DNA of 64,000 nucleotides from Haliotis rubra (lineage: Eukaryota): positions 62,001 to 126,000 of the forward strand of contig NW_025765461.1 of the NCBI RefSeq assembly GCF_003918875.1, in the 5' to 3' direction. Positions 12,859 through 26,169 of the stretch are shown piece after piece. A program made the translations under genes and the position numbers. Below the pieces are notes generated by a model, which saw only the letters and a list, made by a program, of their open reading frames with translations, had not been told where the DNA came from and did not search any database. Numbering within the stretch: the first letter of the stretch is position 1; each line of letters opens with the position of its first letter.

Positions 12859-13028
12859 CTGACTGACTGACTGAGTTTGGTTTTACGCCGCTTTTAGCAA
12901 TATTCCAGCAATATAACGGCGGGGGACACCAGAAATGGGCTTCACTCATTGTACCCATGTGGGGATTCGAACCCGGGTCTTTGGCGTGACGAGCCAACGC
13001 TTTAACCACTAGACTACCCCACCGCCCC
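12859..13028 (-). mobile_element. Full-length SINE family A with TSD
   Basis: TSD agctaaaatga at 12848-12858 and 13029-13039. Confidence 0.9.
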
Positions 13029-13137
13029 AGCTAAAATGAACAAACAGGTAATGTTTTCGATGGTGATATGTTTGATACAATTATCACCGTTATGTTTCTG
13101 ACATTAAGTTTGCACCATTTTGCGTAGTCTCTACTCT

Positions 13138-13184
13138 TTAACGTTTAAATAACGTGTGTAAGTTTTGGGCAAAATCCAGATTTG

Positions 13185-13241
<57 letters not shown>

Positions 13242-13566
13242 GTAATGATGATGATTTTGAGATCATCAAAGCGTATTTCGCACACGGGTTCTGTATTGAA
13301 GTGCATAATTTCTTACAAAGGCTCCTACCTTGATCCCCGCTGTGTCCATCCACAATGGTTCGTGCTGCATGCGGGACCTGACCTTCAGACCTTGTCGGTC
13401 TCTCTGCATCAACCGGAGACCCACCACTTTGACCAGCCAGAACCCTCTCCTGTCCTTGCCTGGACTCAGCTGCTGCTTGACTTCCTGGGCGCTCATCTCG
13501 TCTTTCCTGTCTATCTCCTGGACCGCCATCAGACCGGCTGTCTGTGGTCCCCATCTTGCTCCACAT
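13138..13566 (-). CDS. Possible small orphan protein (142 aa, Ser tract from the microsatellite)
   Basis: ORF; acceptor ccatttaatccgcag at about 13613; TATA box and donor upstream at about 14490-14625. Confidence 0.35.
13182..13256. repeat. (GAT)n microsatellite
   Basis: Seen directly. Confidence 0.98.
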
Positions 13567-13799
13567 CTTCTACTGATGCTTCCGTCACCAGTCTACGCCA
13601 TGCCGATCAGAACTGCGGATTAAATGGAAATAGTATGTACACACTGTGAGTGACTGATTTCGGTTTAACTGAACACTGAAAACAGTATGTCAGTTTCGTG
13701 GTGGAGGAAAGACGAAAGCGATAAAGTTGTTTATCAAATGATAATTATCTTGTTGTCACTTTCGCTATTTCTTATGAGGGGGACCACTTGCTGGTAGAA

Positions 13800-14145
13800 A
13801 CCGCCTCCGTGGTGTAGTGGTTCGGAGTGCGGAAGGTCGCGGGTTCCATCCCCGACCGCGTCATACCAAAAGACGCTAAAATATGGTACTTGTTGGTCCC
13901 TGCCTGGCGCTCGGCATTAATAGGTACAACAAGGACTGGTCGGCTTGGAGTCAGTATAATGTGTCTGAGTGGGGTATTCATGCTTCACTGCGGCATGGTA
14001 TCTCAGTGGGCTAGCACTATAAAACCAGCTTCAGTCTGGGCTTGTACAAGCAACCGCGCATACACATACACACACATGCACGTCGTCATATGAGCGAAAT
14101 ATTCTCAAGCACGACGTTAAACCCAATTCCACCACCACCACCACC
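13800..14145 (+). mobile_element. tRNA-derived SINE with Meta/MESC-like central domain
   Basis: tRNA-like head; gtcataccaaaagacgctaaaatatggtacttg core (family from recall); (CCA)n tail; 17-bp TSD accacttgctggtagaa at 13783-13799 and 14146-14162. Confidence 0.85.
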
Positions 14146-14488
14146 ACCACTTGCTGGTAGAACAGCCAGGTGTGCGAGGTGCACGTGTGAAACTGAAATT
14201 TCAATACACACGCTTGTTGATTACCTGGCTGTTCAACAACAAGCAAGTGGCCCCCCCATCGTCAAAAATAGCGGTATGTGACAACAAAATAATGATCGCT
14301 TGTCAAACAACTATTTTATTCTGGCGTCTAGAATTATGAGAGAAATCATTCGACACCCCCACCCCCGACACTTCCCCACACCCCAACACACACACACGCT
14401 TCCTCATTAACCAATGTATCAATAAATCGTTGAACATATTCGTCCAACTATATGTTTACTTGCAAGGTTACATACTCTTCACACGTCA

Positions 14489-14650
14489 CCTGCAGTATAC
14501 CTCACTCAAGGCGATCTACCTCGCCTACAGTCGCTCACATTGATTAAGTCCTCACAACCATTTCAATGGAAGAGAAGTTTTCCAGGAAACAGCCCTGTTC
14601 TCGGAAGTCGTCTGGCTATTTATAGATCATTGTTACGCGAGACGTCTCGA
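14489..14650 (-). promoter_or_regulatory. Putative promoter and non-coding first exon
   Basis: Minus-strand TATAAATA at about 14616-14623, gacgtc just upstream, donor ctgcag|gtgacg at about 14489. Confidence 0.35.
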
Positions 14651-17600
14651 TGTGGTGTCTTTGCTTCGTGCAGTAATAGAATGTGATCAACACAACGTTG
14701 TCTAATCGCTGAATCGTTAAAAAATACAAAAAACACCACACAGGGACCATGCGCCATACCGTGTCAGGTGTCTGCCCACCATCGTGCAGCAACAACTAGT
14801 CGGTGTGCAGTAATAACCAGTATACACGCAATCGGTGATGCTGCAGTGCCATTTCATCTGTAAATATTCAACGACCTTCCCAATAATATGTCTAAAAACT
14901 TCTAAACTCACATACATAAATATGCTCACCTGTTATTGACTGAATTCGGAGCTCATTCAATGCAAATGGCGTCCAGTGTAAAACGAAAGTAGAAAAAGGG
15001 AGACAACTGATGTTTTTCTTCATTTCATTTAATCTAAAATAACATTAGCAGCAAATCCTTCCAACATTTATAGAATTGTATTGCTACTTGCCCTTTGACA
15101 ATTGCCCCTATATACACTACACCCATACATACATTGTATGAACAAGATGGGTTAAATTAGATAATGTAGTATTGTTTTATGGCTGTAGCAGTGACGAAGC
15201 TTTCCCTGTTGCAATTCCAAATGTCAAAGGGCAAGCAAGTTTTTGTACTTTTTGTGATATGTTAGTTATCGTGAAATGTTGTTGAATCGTTTCAGTATTA
15301 CAGTGTTGTTGTTTTTTATATGTATGCATTTGCTCGAGTTACATTGGTTTTCTATAAGGTTTCCGAATGTAAGCAGCCATCTCACTTGTCCGGTGGATAG
15401 AGCACTTCCTCGGAGAGGTTATGATGGGTATTATAAGATGGTACTTATTGTTGACCTGCCTGCCCGAGTGTTAAGGAGATAAAAGATGCACCGGTCGGAT
15501 CGATCATAGTCGGCGAACTGTCTTTAAGCATCATAACCTCGTTACACACACAAACGCACGCATGCACGTTAGTACGCACGCACACAAAGGCAATGAGAAG
15601 GACCAGTGTTAAAGCCTTCGCACACTACACCGAAGACCCGGGTTCGATTCCTCACATAGGTACATTGTGTGAAACCCATTTCTGATGTTTCCCATGGTGA
15701 TATTACTAGAGCATCCTCTATAATCTCCAGGGTATGCGTTACGAGAAATCTCCACTATATCCTGGATGCATCTACGGCTCGGCCCGATGATTTTATTACC
15801 TCGAGGATGGAAGGAATGATTGTGACTCATAGCTATGTCATGACACTAGAGTAATCGAGATGTCACAGTCACAGGTATACCACAGTTAGCCATCTCTACA
15901 CCCGATGGTCATGTACCCGGCAATCCGCACTCAACACATTCAAATCCTGGAGTACCGGGGCACGTATACTGAGCCTCCACTTCAGACAGGACATTAACAC
16001 GGGTAGCAGGTCTGATCTGTGATATCAGTACATCCATTCAGGTGGTCTTATCAACGTGAATGATGCGCGCTTATCGCCACCCCGTCACACATTAATATAC
16101 ACAGTCCCTGACACTGTGCCAATATATGAATCAATTTATTACATTGTCACAATCAATTTACAAGGAAACATACGTATTTTGTAATGTCACTGATAAGAAA
16201 CTCGGGCTTTAATGTTCACAATCACAGCCCTCGTTACTCACTGAAAACTCGTAATATCGATGCATAGAATAGATATAACTAAATCGAGCAGCTGTTTCAA
16301 TACATACCCACAGGGCCAGGTAATTCGAGATCAGACCAAACTAAGGATGTCACAGGGTGAACAGGTTGAGTCATTGTATTGGAATTAGGTTCAAGAGGAT
16401 ATTTTTTTCCAAACATGGTGAGTTGTTTGTAATGTGTACGGAAATTACTACAGCACTTGCTCTGAAAAATGAACATTAATTGTACTGCTATAGTATTCTA
16501 GTCATTATATCTTGTACTAATCGCGAAAGGATTGTTCTATCTGGCTTTGAGTGTATAGAACAGCTATTGTTTCCTATTGACATAGACACAAACCGTATTT
16601 TAACATTAAACAATGTATTACATATGTTCCTGACTGCGCGTGAGACAATTAATATGCAATTTCTGATATTTTGTAAATTGTCTCGTGTTAGGTAATGATT
16701 AGGTTACATTAATATGTAACTGTAATAGGTTACATTAATATGTAACTGTTACAGGTATCAGCTCTTACTGTGTCATCAGATATATAGCTGTATTTCGTTT
16801 TCTCGATCTCTTATATTTTTAAGGATTGTTTTAAATTCACTCGCATCCACATATTGTCAAATAATATGTCCACGTTTTATTCTAGATTGACACTGAGCAT
16901 AATTGTTTATGCGTAATTGAGAATATTATATTCGGGCTCAGTAAGTATTCCTTGCATTGCTAGACCGATCTCACACATGTCTAAATGTCCATCGATACTT
17001 TAGAACCAGACTGACAGACGTTGGTACTTGTCAACGTTATTGTGCACTGTTTATCTTAACACATTATGTTATGTACCAGACTAACTTCTAAATGTAGCAC
17101 AGCTTATTTAATATTCACACCTAAACATAAGCTGCGCCACACATATAAACGCACACTGGACGCAAACACACACGCACGCACGCATATACACCCAGGGGCA
17201 AAAGAAACGATACCATATTATTGAGGCTAATTAATAAAAGATGACAAAAGATAAACAGAAAATCAAAGTTGTAACATGGAGCATGGAAATGGAGCATGGA
17301 AAATCAAATTCATCAATCAAGGCCAATAATTGATTGAGATAACTGCAAAATTTGTCTTTTCACTGGGGCGGCCTGTCTGGCACGAATCTGTCTCCCAAGA
17401 TGGCCCCACAAATGCTCAATGGTTGAAAGATCCGGAGAGCGTGATGGTCATGGCAGGACAACAACGTTGTTGGCGCTGAGAAAGCCTTGAACACGTTGAG
17501 CTGTATGACATGGGGCGTTGTCCTGTTGAAATACAGTTCTTGGATTCTGTTGTAGGAAGGGTAGAACAACTGGCCGAAGGACTTGGTCAGCATAACGCTG

Positions 17601-17919
17601 CCCATTCAAATTCCCATCGACAACAACCAGATCTCTCTGTCTGTCACATCCACCTCCCCACACCCCCCCCCACACACACACCATAACACCACCTCTCCCA
17701 AACTGCTCAACCTCTTGCAACGTGCCGTCCGCTCTCCTCTGCGTCGATGCACCCGTGTCCTACCGTCAGGTCTGTTCAGGGGGTATCTTCTCTCATTGCT
17801 TGCGCTGCCAACCTTGAACGATACGTGTCCATCTCACACGTCGACGTCGATGTAGGCGCCTCAGTGCTACACCACGGTAGGGTCTGTAGGCTCGGATACC
17901 ATGCTGATGAAGTCTCCTG

Positions 17920-19353
17920 GGTGCCGTTCCACTAGCCGATCTTAGCCCTATGCCAATCGTAAACCCCTAAAATCCCAACCTTAGCGTGACGTTACGATCG
18001 GCATACCGTTCCACTAACCAATCTTACCTAAGTCAATCGTAAAGTTAAGATTCAAAGTCTAAGTTGCTCATGACCAACTTAGGATAGCTAAAATCAATCG
18101 TAGAGAAACCAAAATAGTGGCTTTCCTATTCTATGTGAAAAATAAGAGCGAGCATTTCACCGTGAGCTTCCCCTAAAGTCCCCCATGAAATGAATTTGTA
18201 TATTTCTGTGATGTAAACAAACACTGCACTGAAGCCTTACAAATGTCAGGCCAGTCTGACCACTGTCGTCATGGGAACACAACCGAGCGAATCGGTGTAA
18301 CACATTTGTACAACAATATTGCAACGTCATGGTTAAGAATAGGGACAGCCGTGAAGTGAACAATGTTCTGAAGCAAAAAGATACAAATATGCTTGATTTC
18401 ACTGCGCATATTTGGTGGGGGATTCTAAAGGCAGGCCGCGTGTTATTCAAGACCACTGACAGATTCTACATACGTTATAGCCTCGTCACGCCTTGTTTAT
18501 TCTGACTGACAAGCTCTGACACAATTGACATTTTTAAAGTCCAGACTTTAAACCTGTTCTCAGTATATTACTTATAATCTCGTTGAGATTCTCGTATAAT
18601 TCTCGTGTAAATTATCTGTACACAGCGCTTTGAGCATGCCCAGAGATGTGGAATAGACGCACTATAAATATGCATTTATTATTATTATATTATGCTTGAT
18701 ACCCAGCGTTCTCACGCACTTGCACCTGAAACCAAGGTGCTCACTACCCTAATATTTTGCTCTAGGTTTTTTCTCCACGTTTACACTTGGTTGGAAAATT
18801 ACCCATGAAGGCCCGGGTTAGAATATTGAACATCAATAACCCATGCCTGTCGTAAGAGGCCACTAACGGGATCGGGTGGTCAGGCTCGCTGACTTGGTTG
18901 ACACATGTCATCGGTTCCCAACTGCGCAGATCGATGCGCATGCTGTTGATCACTGGATTGTCTGGTCCAGACTCGATTATATATAACTAAGATACATAGC
19001 GTTCACTAACATGAACTATCTTAGCTAGATTATTTACAGACCGCCGCCATATAACTGGACTATTGCTGAGTGCGGCGTAAATCTAAACTCACTCACTCAC
19101 TCAGTTGGTTCGTAAACTACTTTCTATCATTTGCTAGACTATGCACAAGGAGATAACTCGTGCCACGCATTCCTCTATCTCTCGCACGAAAGAGTTTCGA
19201 TCTAAGCTTGGATCGGATCGTAAGATCGGGACCGGCTACGATCGGCCTAAGATCGGTTAGTGGAACGGGTGTAACTTTTAGCTAAGACGATTGTAAAATT
19301 GGCATAACTTGCTGAGATTGATCTTAGATAGGATCGGTTAGTGGAACGGCACC
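17920..19353. mobile_element. Harbinger/PIF-type non-autonomous element inserted in the Tc1
   Basis: TIRs ggtgccgttccacta / tagtggaacggcacc; CTG duplicated at both ends; removing it restores the Tc1 peptide RTVSRRLHQHG. Confidence 0.85.
18801..19102 (+). mobile_element. SINE family B (cccgtgaag..gtcgtaagaggcgactaacggg..)
   Basis: Homologous to 23962-24202 and 53278-53520; ctcactcactc tail. Confidence 0.85.
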
Positions 19354-20121
19354 CTGGACACCGTCCTTCGGCTGATACGATGACCCAGCGCAGTCGATGC
19401 TGATGATGTCAGTTGCGCAAATGCAGAGTACGCAAGTAACGGTCGTCAGCTGGGGTCGTCACCCGAGGTCTGCCACTCCTCGGCCTGTCCTGTGTCCTGC
19501 CTGTCTGTTTGTAACGGGTCATCAGCCTGGTTATTGTCAGGCGGCTACAACCGAAGATCCTGGCGACGTGATTGTGGGTAGCGCCAAACTGAATCATGCC
19601 AATTACCCTTTCTCTCTCTTCTTGTGATAATCTCGCATGGTCGCAAATGATATCGTAAAATGTGGATGTCCAAAAACATTTTCACGAGCTTTTATACCGA
19701 ATATTTGTCACGTGTGTCATGTGTGCACGTGCACGAAACTATCGTGAATAAGTTCACTTTTATGAGTTCTTGCTTTGCACGTGCATCACTGTTTCATTGA
19801 GTCAGCTTAGCTGCGTTCTGCTGAATGTTCCTAGCCATAAATACTCAAAATATTAAAGACCACACATACACGCACAAATACACGCACGCCAAACACAGAT
19901 TCCTGCACTGTACTACTGACTACAGTAAAGGTTAACGATGTGTTATGTTACTATGGGAAGCCCGAAGTCAGACACTGGAAACGTTTATGATTTTGTGAAA
20001 CAAACTGTGAACATCAATCAGACGAGTCTGGGATTCGAACCGGCGGTCACACGTGGCGAACCTTATTCTCCATAGCCACCAACAACGGCTTGTCATATAC
20101 TGTGATGACATACTGATCAGG

Positions 20122-20272
20122 GGTGAGTGAATATGGTTTTACTCCGCTTTTAGCAATGTTCCAGCAATGGACACTAGAAATGGGCTTCACACATTTTCCC
20201 CATGTTGGGAATCGATCCCGGGCCTTCGGCGTGACGAGCGAAAACTTTAACCACTAGGCTACCCGACCGCCC
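20122..20272 (-). mobile_element. SINE family A with TSD
   Basis: TSD tactgatcagg on both sides. Confidence 0.9.
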
Positions 20273-20662
20273 TACTGATCAGGAAGGATCCATTTGATTT
20301 GTGTGGGGGTAGAGGGAGGAGAGCTCCGTCCAACAAACTGTTTACTTAGCATCATCAAACAATTAATTCTCACTATCAACACAAACATTTACATTTGGGG
20401 AGTGGTTTTCACGCCGAAACATGAAGTACAATGTGTGAAGCCCATTTCTTTCTCCTGATTATTAGTAAAACCAAACTCAGTTTCAGGGAAATTTTCTGGA
20501 CAAATTAATCTGGGGAATTTTTCTGTATATAACCCCTACGAGAGAAATCTATTGGATGATCCCTTACTGTTGGTAGTTGTCGTGAAATCTTTTCAGCCTT
20601 AAGGACGAAGTGTGTATTTTTGGCAGCTGTATCGAAGGGAACTGAAACATTTATCATGTTTG

Positions 20663-20992
20663 TTAAGTTACATGTGTGACACACAGAAAGACGTAAACCA
20701 AAACCGCACAATAACACACATTACAAGCACACACCACATTCAAACATACACAGAGACATGTAGACACCCACACCCACATCACATCCCTTAGAAACGCCAG
20801 GATCCGCTGAAAACGTGTCGCACTTCCCCTGATCATAACCCTTTGTCTAACCGCAACATTCCCGTGGTAGTAGGTTTCCACCATATGGCTCACGATCTGA
20901 GACCGATATCCGTCACCAGGTCCTCCACACATACAACAGAAAAGCCATGCCAACAAAAATACTGTTGAAAGCACGTAAAACCCGATGCTCAC
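20663..20992 (-). pseudogene. Possible remote paralog of the N-terminus of the 1-1101 ORF
   Basis: Hydrophobic stretch FLLAWL..., then YHGNV and RILAFLRD, parallels ILLAAS...CHGSV...SLRSFLKG; no in-frame ATG start. Confidence 0.25.
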
Positions 20993-21602
20993 TCACTCCT
21001 GTCCTCAATACATTTGCCCTCGCGATCACAGCTACATGTGAGAACCAGGCTGTAACGCCAGTGATCAAAGAGTCCCGGGATAAATGTCCCCCGCAATATC
21101 AGTTCATTAATTTCATATGCCATGTAGACCATTAACATATGTATTAAAATATTAGTTGTAGTTCAATCTACTAGAGAAGACTAAGTAAACATGTCAGCTA
21201 TACAGCTATATAGAAGTGTCAAAACCCTTTTCATATTCTTTATTAGCCTTTGCGTGTGTTTATGACGGGTGTTATATTGGGGCGAACACCTGGTAACATC
21301 ACTATTTGAAAGTGATTTACAAACATGCTCTGCCATCTTGGTGTCAATTACTGGATTGTGTTAATGTCATAACGTATGTTCGTAAAGAGGTTCGCGTATC
21401 CTGCTAAATGATAGCATCCGTTACAAACATATGTCTATTTTGTCTTATGTGTTCGTTGACAACAGTTAACCAATGATACTGTAGAATGGCGATTATCAAG
21501 TCATGTCATACATGTTGTATTGACTATTCTGTCATTGTAGGACATTCTCGATATTCCCAATGACGACATCGTGGCAGTGTCTTGAGTCCAGAGACGTTCA
21601 TC

Positions 21603-23003
21603 ATGGTCAACTACTACGTCAAACGTTTGTCTTCTGTGGCGTTCCTACTGGCCTGTGTCTTCGGATATATGACGTCACAAACCTGCCCTAGCAACTGTAT
21701 CTGTGCTGTTTCAGATTATGTGACGTGTCAGCCAAAGATGACGTCATTTCCGATAGGTCTACCTGCAAACACCACCAGCATTAACCTGCTTGGCTCCTTT
21801 AATAACAGAAACTCTCTATCAACATTGAAACACTCAGCTTTGTCAGCGTTCTCGAATCTTGAAGATTTCTACGTTACTTACAGTGAGGTGACAAAGTTAG
21901 ACGATGACTTGTTTCAAGGATTAACTAAACTAAAACGTATTGCCCTACAACATAATAAGATCTCCCAGATAAACACTGGCATCTTCCATGGCTTAAATGA
22001 TGTTGTCTTCGTGGATCTGACTGGAAACACGGGATGTAAGATCGCCGATGACGCATTTGCTTCCTTAAAGAACCTGCATGATCTATTTCTGGGTGACCTC
22101 AACCTTGGACGTGCTTCCAGTGCCATATTCACTGGGCTGACAAATCTCAGAAACCTTGATCTCCATGGAAACAATTTTGAAAAGGTATCTGTGCAATTAT
22201 TTCAACATTTGACAAGCCTTAAGACTCTAGACCTGTCCGACAATAAATTAGCAACTATTCCTGATTCGTTCGAGCTGATCTTCCAGAAGCTGCAGATCAT
22301 CCATCTTTCAGACAACCCCTGGAGATGTACATGCGACATTCAGTGGCTGAAGAACCTCAACCAGAGCGTGATGTACTCCGTGTACTCGGGAAATGTTCCG
22401 GCATGCGCTGCTCCAAGTGTACTGAAATACCATACGATTTACCATGCAGAAGATAAGGACTTCACTTGTATTCCCCCCAAAATTCTAAAGTGCGGGGATC
22501 TCTATACCGTGAAACAGGGAGATCTGCTACACATTTCATGTCAGATTGAGGGTGATCTGTTTCCGAATGTGACCTGGATGAGACCCGACGGGACCATAAT
22601 CTCAGCTTCAAGTGTCTCCATCTTCGACCCCCGGTATACGACAACAAGGGATGTCAGCACTGTTTTGACTGCTGAGGCTTCTTATGACGGGTTATGGACA
22701 GTTCAGGCTGCCAACGATAAAGGAAAGGACGAGAAAACATTCCGCGTTCATGTTCAAATTCCCACAACTACGTCAACGACTACAACTGCAACTCCGGTGG
22801 AGTCAGCTGACGTTCTTGGCAGCGGGTTCCTGGTGGCGGTCGGCGGGTTCGGGAGCACGGTGCTCCTTGGACTGATTATATTTGGAAGTGTGGTGTGCTG
22901 CAGTCAGGCTAAGAAAGGCCAGGTGGAACCGACCGACACCATGGAGTCTTTGAAGAAAGAACACATTGACACAATAACATTTATTGTTACACCACCGACT
23001 TAG
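21603..23003 (+). CDS. Leucine-rich-repeat and Ig-domain single-pass membrane protein (LIG-type), 466 aa
   Basis: Signal peptide; LRRNT CPSNCIC; LxxLxLxxN repeats; LRRCT NPWRCTCDIQWL; Ig I-set (ISCQIEG..VTW..AAND); Thr-rich stalk; TM; short tail; acceptor ctgtcattgtag at 21540. Confidence 0.93.
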   Translation: MVNYYVKRLSSVAFLLACVFGYMTSQTCPSNCICAVSDYVTCQPKMTSFPIGLPANTTSINLLGSFNNRNSLSTLKHSALSAFSNLEDFYVTYSEVTKLDDDLFQGLTKLKRIALQHNKISQINTGIFHGLNDVVFVDLTGNTGCKIADDAFASLKNLHDLFLGDLNLGRASSAIFTGLTNLRNLDLHGNNFEKVSVQLFQHLTSLKTLDLSDNKLATIPDSFELIFQKLQIIHLSDNPWRCTCDIQWLKNLNQSVMYSVYSGNVPACAAPSVLKYHTIYHAEDKDFTCIPPKILKCGDLYTVKQGDLLHISCQIEGDLFPNVTWMRPDGTIISASSVSIFDPRYTTTRDVSTVLTAEASYDGLWTVQAANDKGKDEKTFRVHVQIPTTTSTTTTATPVESADVLGSGFLVAVGGFGSTVLLGLIIFGSVVCCSQAKKGQVEPTDTMESLKKEHIDTITFIVTPPT

Positions 23004-23961
23004 TAGTGCGATGAGGATAGGTGACTTGTTGTATTAAACTGGGCTTGGATTTGGGCCTCTTGTCATGGGTTCGAGTCCCAGATTGGAACTGATTATGATT
23101 CGTCGTGATTCAGCAGCAGGTTCAGATAGGTGGTAGTCGTTTACACTTCTGTACATTAACTTGGGGATTAACTGAAATATTACGGAATATATGCAACTAA
23201 CGAAGGCAATGCAAGACATGATTGTATGAAATTTAATATTTTAAAATATTTGTTCCGCCCTAAAATATATGGAACATAACATGCATCATGCTTTGTTATT
23301 TTTAGGACGTTCGTATGAAAATTGCAATTACAAACCCTTTTAAGATCAAGCTGAATGAAACTGAAAGAAACACATAATTCTCGTCATTACGTTCTCAAAA
23401 CAACCCGTTGATAAGTTCTACTGAAAAGAGCCTTATAGGGTAAAGATGTACCCTGAACAACGGTACACGTGTTACAGCAGGTCTGGCTCTGACCCCAACC
23501 TCTCAAAGGTGGTTCACCAATGTCTGGTTTGATGTCTTTGGCAATCCCAGAATCTGCTGTAGTCGATGATTCAGCTGTGTAGCCATGGTGGAGATAGGGT
23601 TGTCGCAGGATGACGTTGTGACGCGGGATCAGTCTGATTTAGGTCGGTCACGTGACGTACCATGCCACAGGTTCACTTACCAAAGTGTAGACACACCGAA
23701 TGCTCTCGCCACGATTCTATTTCTTCCAGTCATGCAGCAAGTTTGCATAATGTTTTTTAGTTGGCTGTGACTTTGTTTAAAGAGTTAACAGTTATGTTGG
23801 GTTATTAATTTGGTCGTTGATGAGTACTGATGATTCCAAAAATACCATTGTTGTTTTGGTATCAGATGGCATCAGATAATGCTTCTTATATAGCATATGC
23901 TCTGATGTAGATAAAAAAAAAATCCCTTTGTGTTTCACTCTGCAGGATTATTGATTACCCG

Positions 23962-24202
23962 AACCCGTGAAGATCCGGGTTAGAACTGGTCTTCAGTAAT
24001 CTATGCTTGTCGTAAGAGGCGACTAACGGGATCGGGTGGTCAGACTCGCTGACTTGGTTGACACATGCCATCGTATCCCAATTGCGTAGATCGATGCTCA
24101 TGATGATGATCACGATATTGTCAGGCCCAGACCCGATAATGTACAGAGCGCCGCCATATAGCATGGATATTGCTGAGTGCAGTGTGACGAACCAACAAAC
24201 CA
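23962..24202 (+). mobile_element. SINE family B
   Basis: cccgtgaagatccgggttagaa...gatattgctgagtgc...caacaaacc; also present in the duplicate at about 53278-53520. Confidence 0.85.
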
Positions 24203-24621
24203 ACGAAATGGTTTCCCGGACATCAGTCTCTAACACAGCTGTGATGGAGTTATGTTGGATACTTCAGACAATCGTTTTTATCGGTCCATGAGTACATTTT
24301 AGCTTGCACCATGTGTGATATATGAGATATATCCAGTGAGATATCGATCAAATACAAAGGTTTTAGCAGCACCGTTAGTTATATATACCCAAGATGTACC
24401 AATGCGATGTTCTACTGTGTGGTTGCAATATAGGTACAATGTCAAGATGTTTGTTTGAAAGGACTTGGACCTATATGTCTCAATACAGATAGTTTTAAAT
24501 AATAGAAAAACAATGATATAGATTCATTAGACATTTTATTCATGTACACAATGTCTAAATGTGTGTCACATGTGCAAATGGTGACACACATGTTCTCTTT
24601 GTGGCATAGATTTCAACTAAA

Positions 24622-25187
24622 GTGGTACAACGAGGCTTTCAATTTGACAGCGGTACAACGAGGCTTTCAATCTGACCGTGGTACAACGAGGCTTTCAATC
24701 TGACAGTGGTACAACGAGGCTTTCAATCTGACAGTGGTACAACGAGGCTTTCAATGTGACAGAGGTACAGCGATGCTTTCAATCTGACAGTGGTACAACG
24801 AGGCTTTCAATCTGACAGTGGTACAACGAGGCTTTCAATGTGACAGAGGTACAGCGAGGCTTTCAATCTGACAGTGGTACAACGAGGCTTTAAATCTGAC
24901 AGTGGTACAACGAGGCTTTCAATGTGACAGAGGTACAGCGAGGCTTTCAATCTGACAGTGGTACAACGAGGCTTTCACTCTGACAGTGGTACAACGAAGC
25001 TTTCAATCTGACAGAGGTACAACGAGGCTTTCAATGTGACAGTGGTACAACGAGGCTTTCAATCTGACAGAGGTACGACGAGGCTTTCAATCTGACAGAG
25101 GTACAACGAGGCTTTCAATGTGACAGTGGTACAACGAGGCTTTCAATCTGACAGTGGTACAACGAGGCTTTCAATCTGACAGAGGTA
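24622..25187. repeat. 28-bp VNTR, about 20 copies (about 8 copies in the duplicate at 53936-54165)
   Basis: Unit gtggtacaacgaggctttcaatctgaca. Confidence 0.95.
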
Positions 25188-25384
25188 AACTGTATATCAT
25201 CATGATTTTACATGTTTTTGTCTCACGATACGACTAAATTACAGTGACACGACTAAATTACAGTGACACACGTTAACATCCAGATCAGTGCCTTACCGAT
25301 GTAACACACTACAGTGGTACGGTGTAATATTAAGCACTGAAATGTGTGTTTTTCATAAGATTGAATATAAGACTATTTGCAGCC

Positions 25385-26030
25385 ATATGGCTTACAAGGG
25401 AACATAGTATATACAGGATATGTATGTATGTCATCTAGAAGTACAATACATATACTAGCATTGCAAGTTATGTATAGTATACTTACAGTTGTTATTGACA
25501 TAGCCAATATGGCGTACAGGAACACATTGTATATGATAAATATACATGTGTATATGTTATATAAGGTGGCAGTACAACATATACTAACATTGCAAGTTAT
25601 GTATAATATACTTACAGTTGTTATTGATATAGCCAATATGGTTTACAGGAACACATGGTATATGATAAATATACATGTGTATATGTTATATAAGGTGGCA
25701 GTACAATATATACTAACATTGCAAGTTATGTATAATATACTTACAGTTGTTATTGATATAGCCAATATGGCTTACAGGAACACATGGTATATGATAAATA
25801 TACATGTGTATATGTTATACAAGGTCGCAGTACAACATATACTAACATTGCAAGTTATGTATAATATACTTACAGTTGTTATTGATATAGCCAATATGGC
25901 TTACAAGGGTACATAACATATGCTTAATATAAATGTGCAATATATTTATACTAACAAGTATGCCTGTATGCCTGCAAGTTATGCCTAGGGAATGTAAAAA
26001 TGTCTTAGACTTGAGCCAATATGGCTTACA
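25385..26030. repeat. About 120-bp AT-rich satellite units
   Basis: tactaacattgcaagttatg at 120-bp spacing (about 25582, 25702); same family at 54340-54850 and 60210-64000. Confidence 0.9.
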
Positions 26031-26169
26031 AGGTATCCCTAACTGGAATATGCGTTTTTTTCGAAAGGGTCTGTGAATATATCTCTATTTCTGATAAGAG
26101 AAGCCACACAGGGTTCACGGTTTTCTGGTGTCCTTGACCCCGATGGGATGAAGAAGCGGGTATTTCCTA

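Larger units (their letters stand above)
17187..19640 (-). mobile_element. Tc1/mariner transposase remnant split by a MITE
   Basis: GMIQFG..VARIFGCSR..TGRTQDRPRSGRPRVTT (paired-like HTH); FGRGGVMV.WGG; FQQDNAPCH; frameshifts; TIR-like tacacccaggggcaaaagaaac at 17187. Confidence 0.9.

Noticed and set aside
12950-13028. tRNA-like sequences
   Set aside because: These are SINE heads continuing into SINE bodies with TSDs, not tRNA genes
13182-13649. Poly-Met ORF
   Set aside because: Artefact of the (GAT)n microsatellite
24622-25187. 28-bp repeat of CRISPR-like length
   Set aside because: Units are contiguous with no unique spacers, there are no cas genes, and the context is eukaryotic
25377-25916. 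179-aa ORF with 40-aa repeats (also 54300-54746 and 60221-60583)
   Set aside because: Translation of a 120-bp AT-rich satellite that is freely interrupted elsewhere
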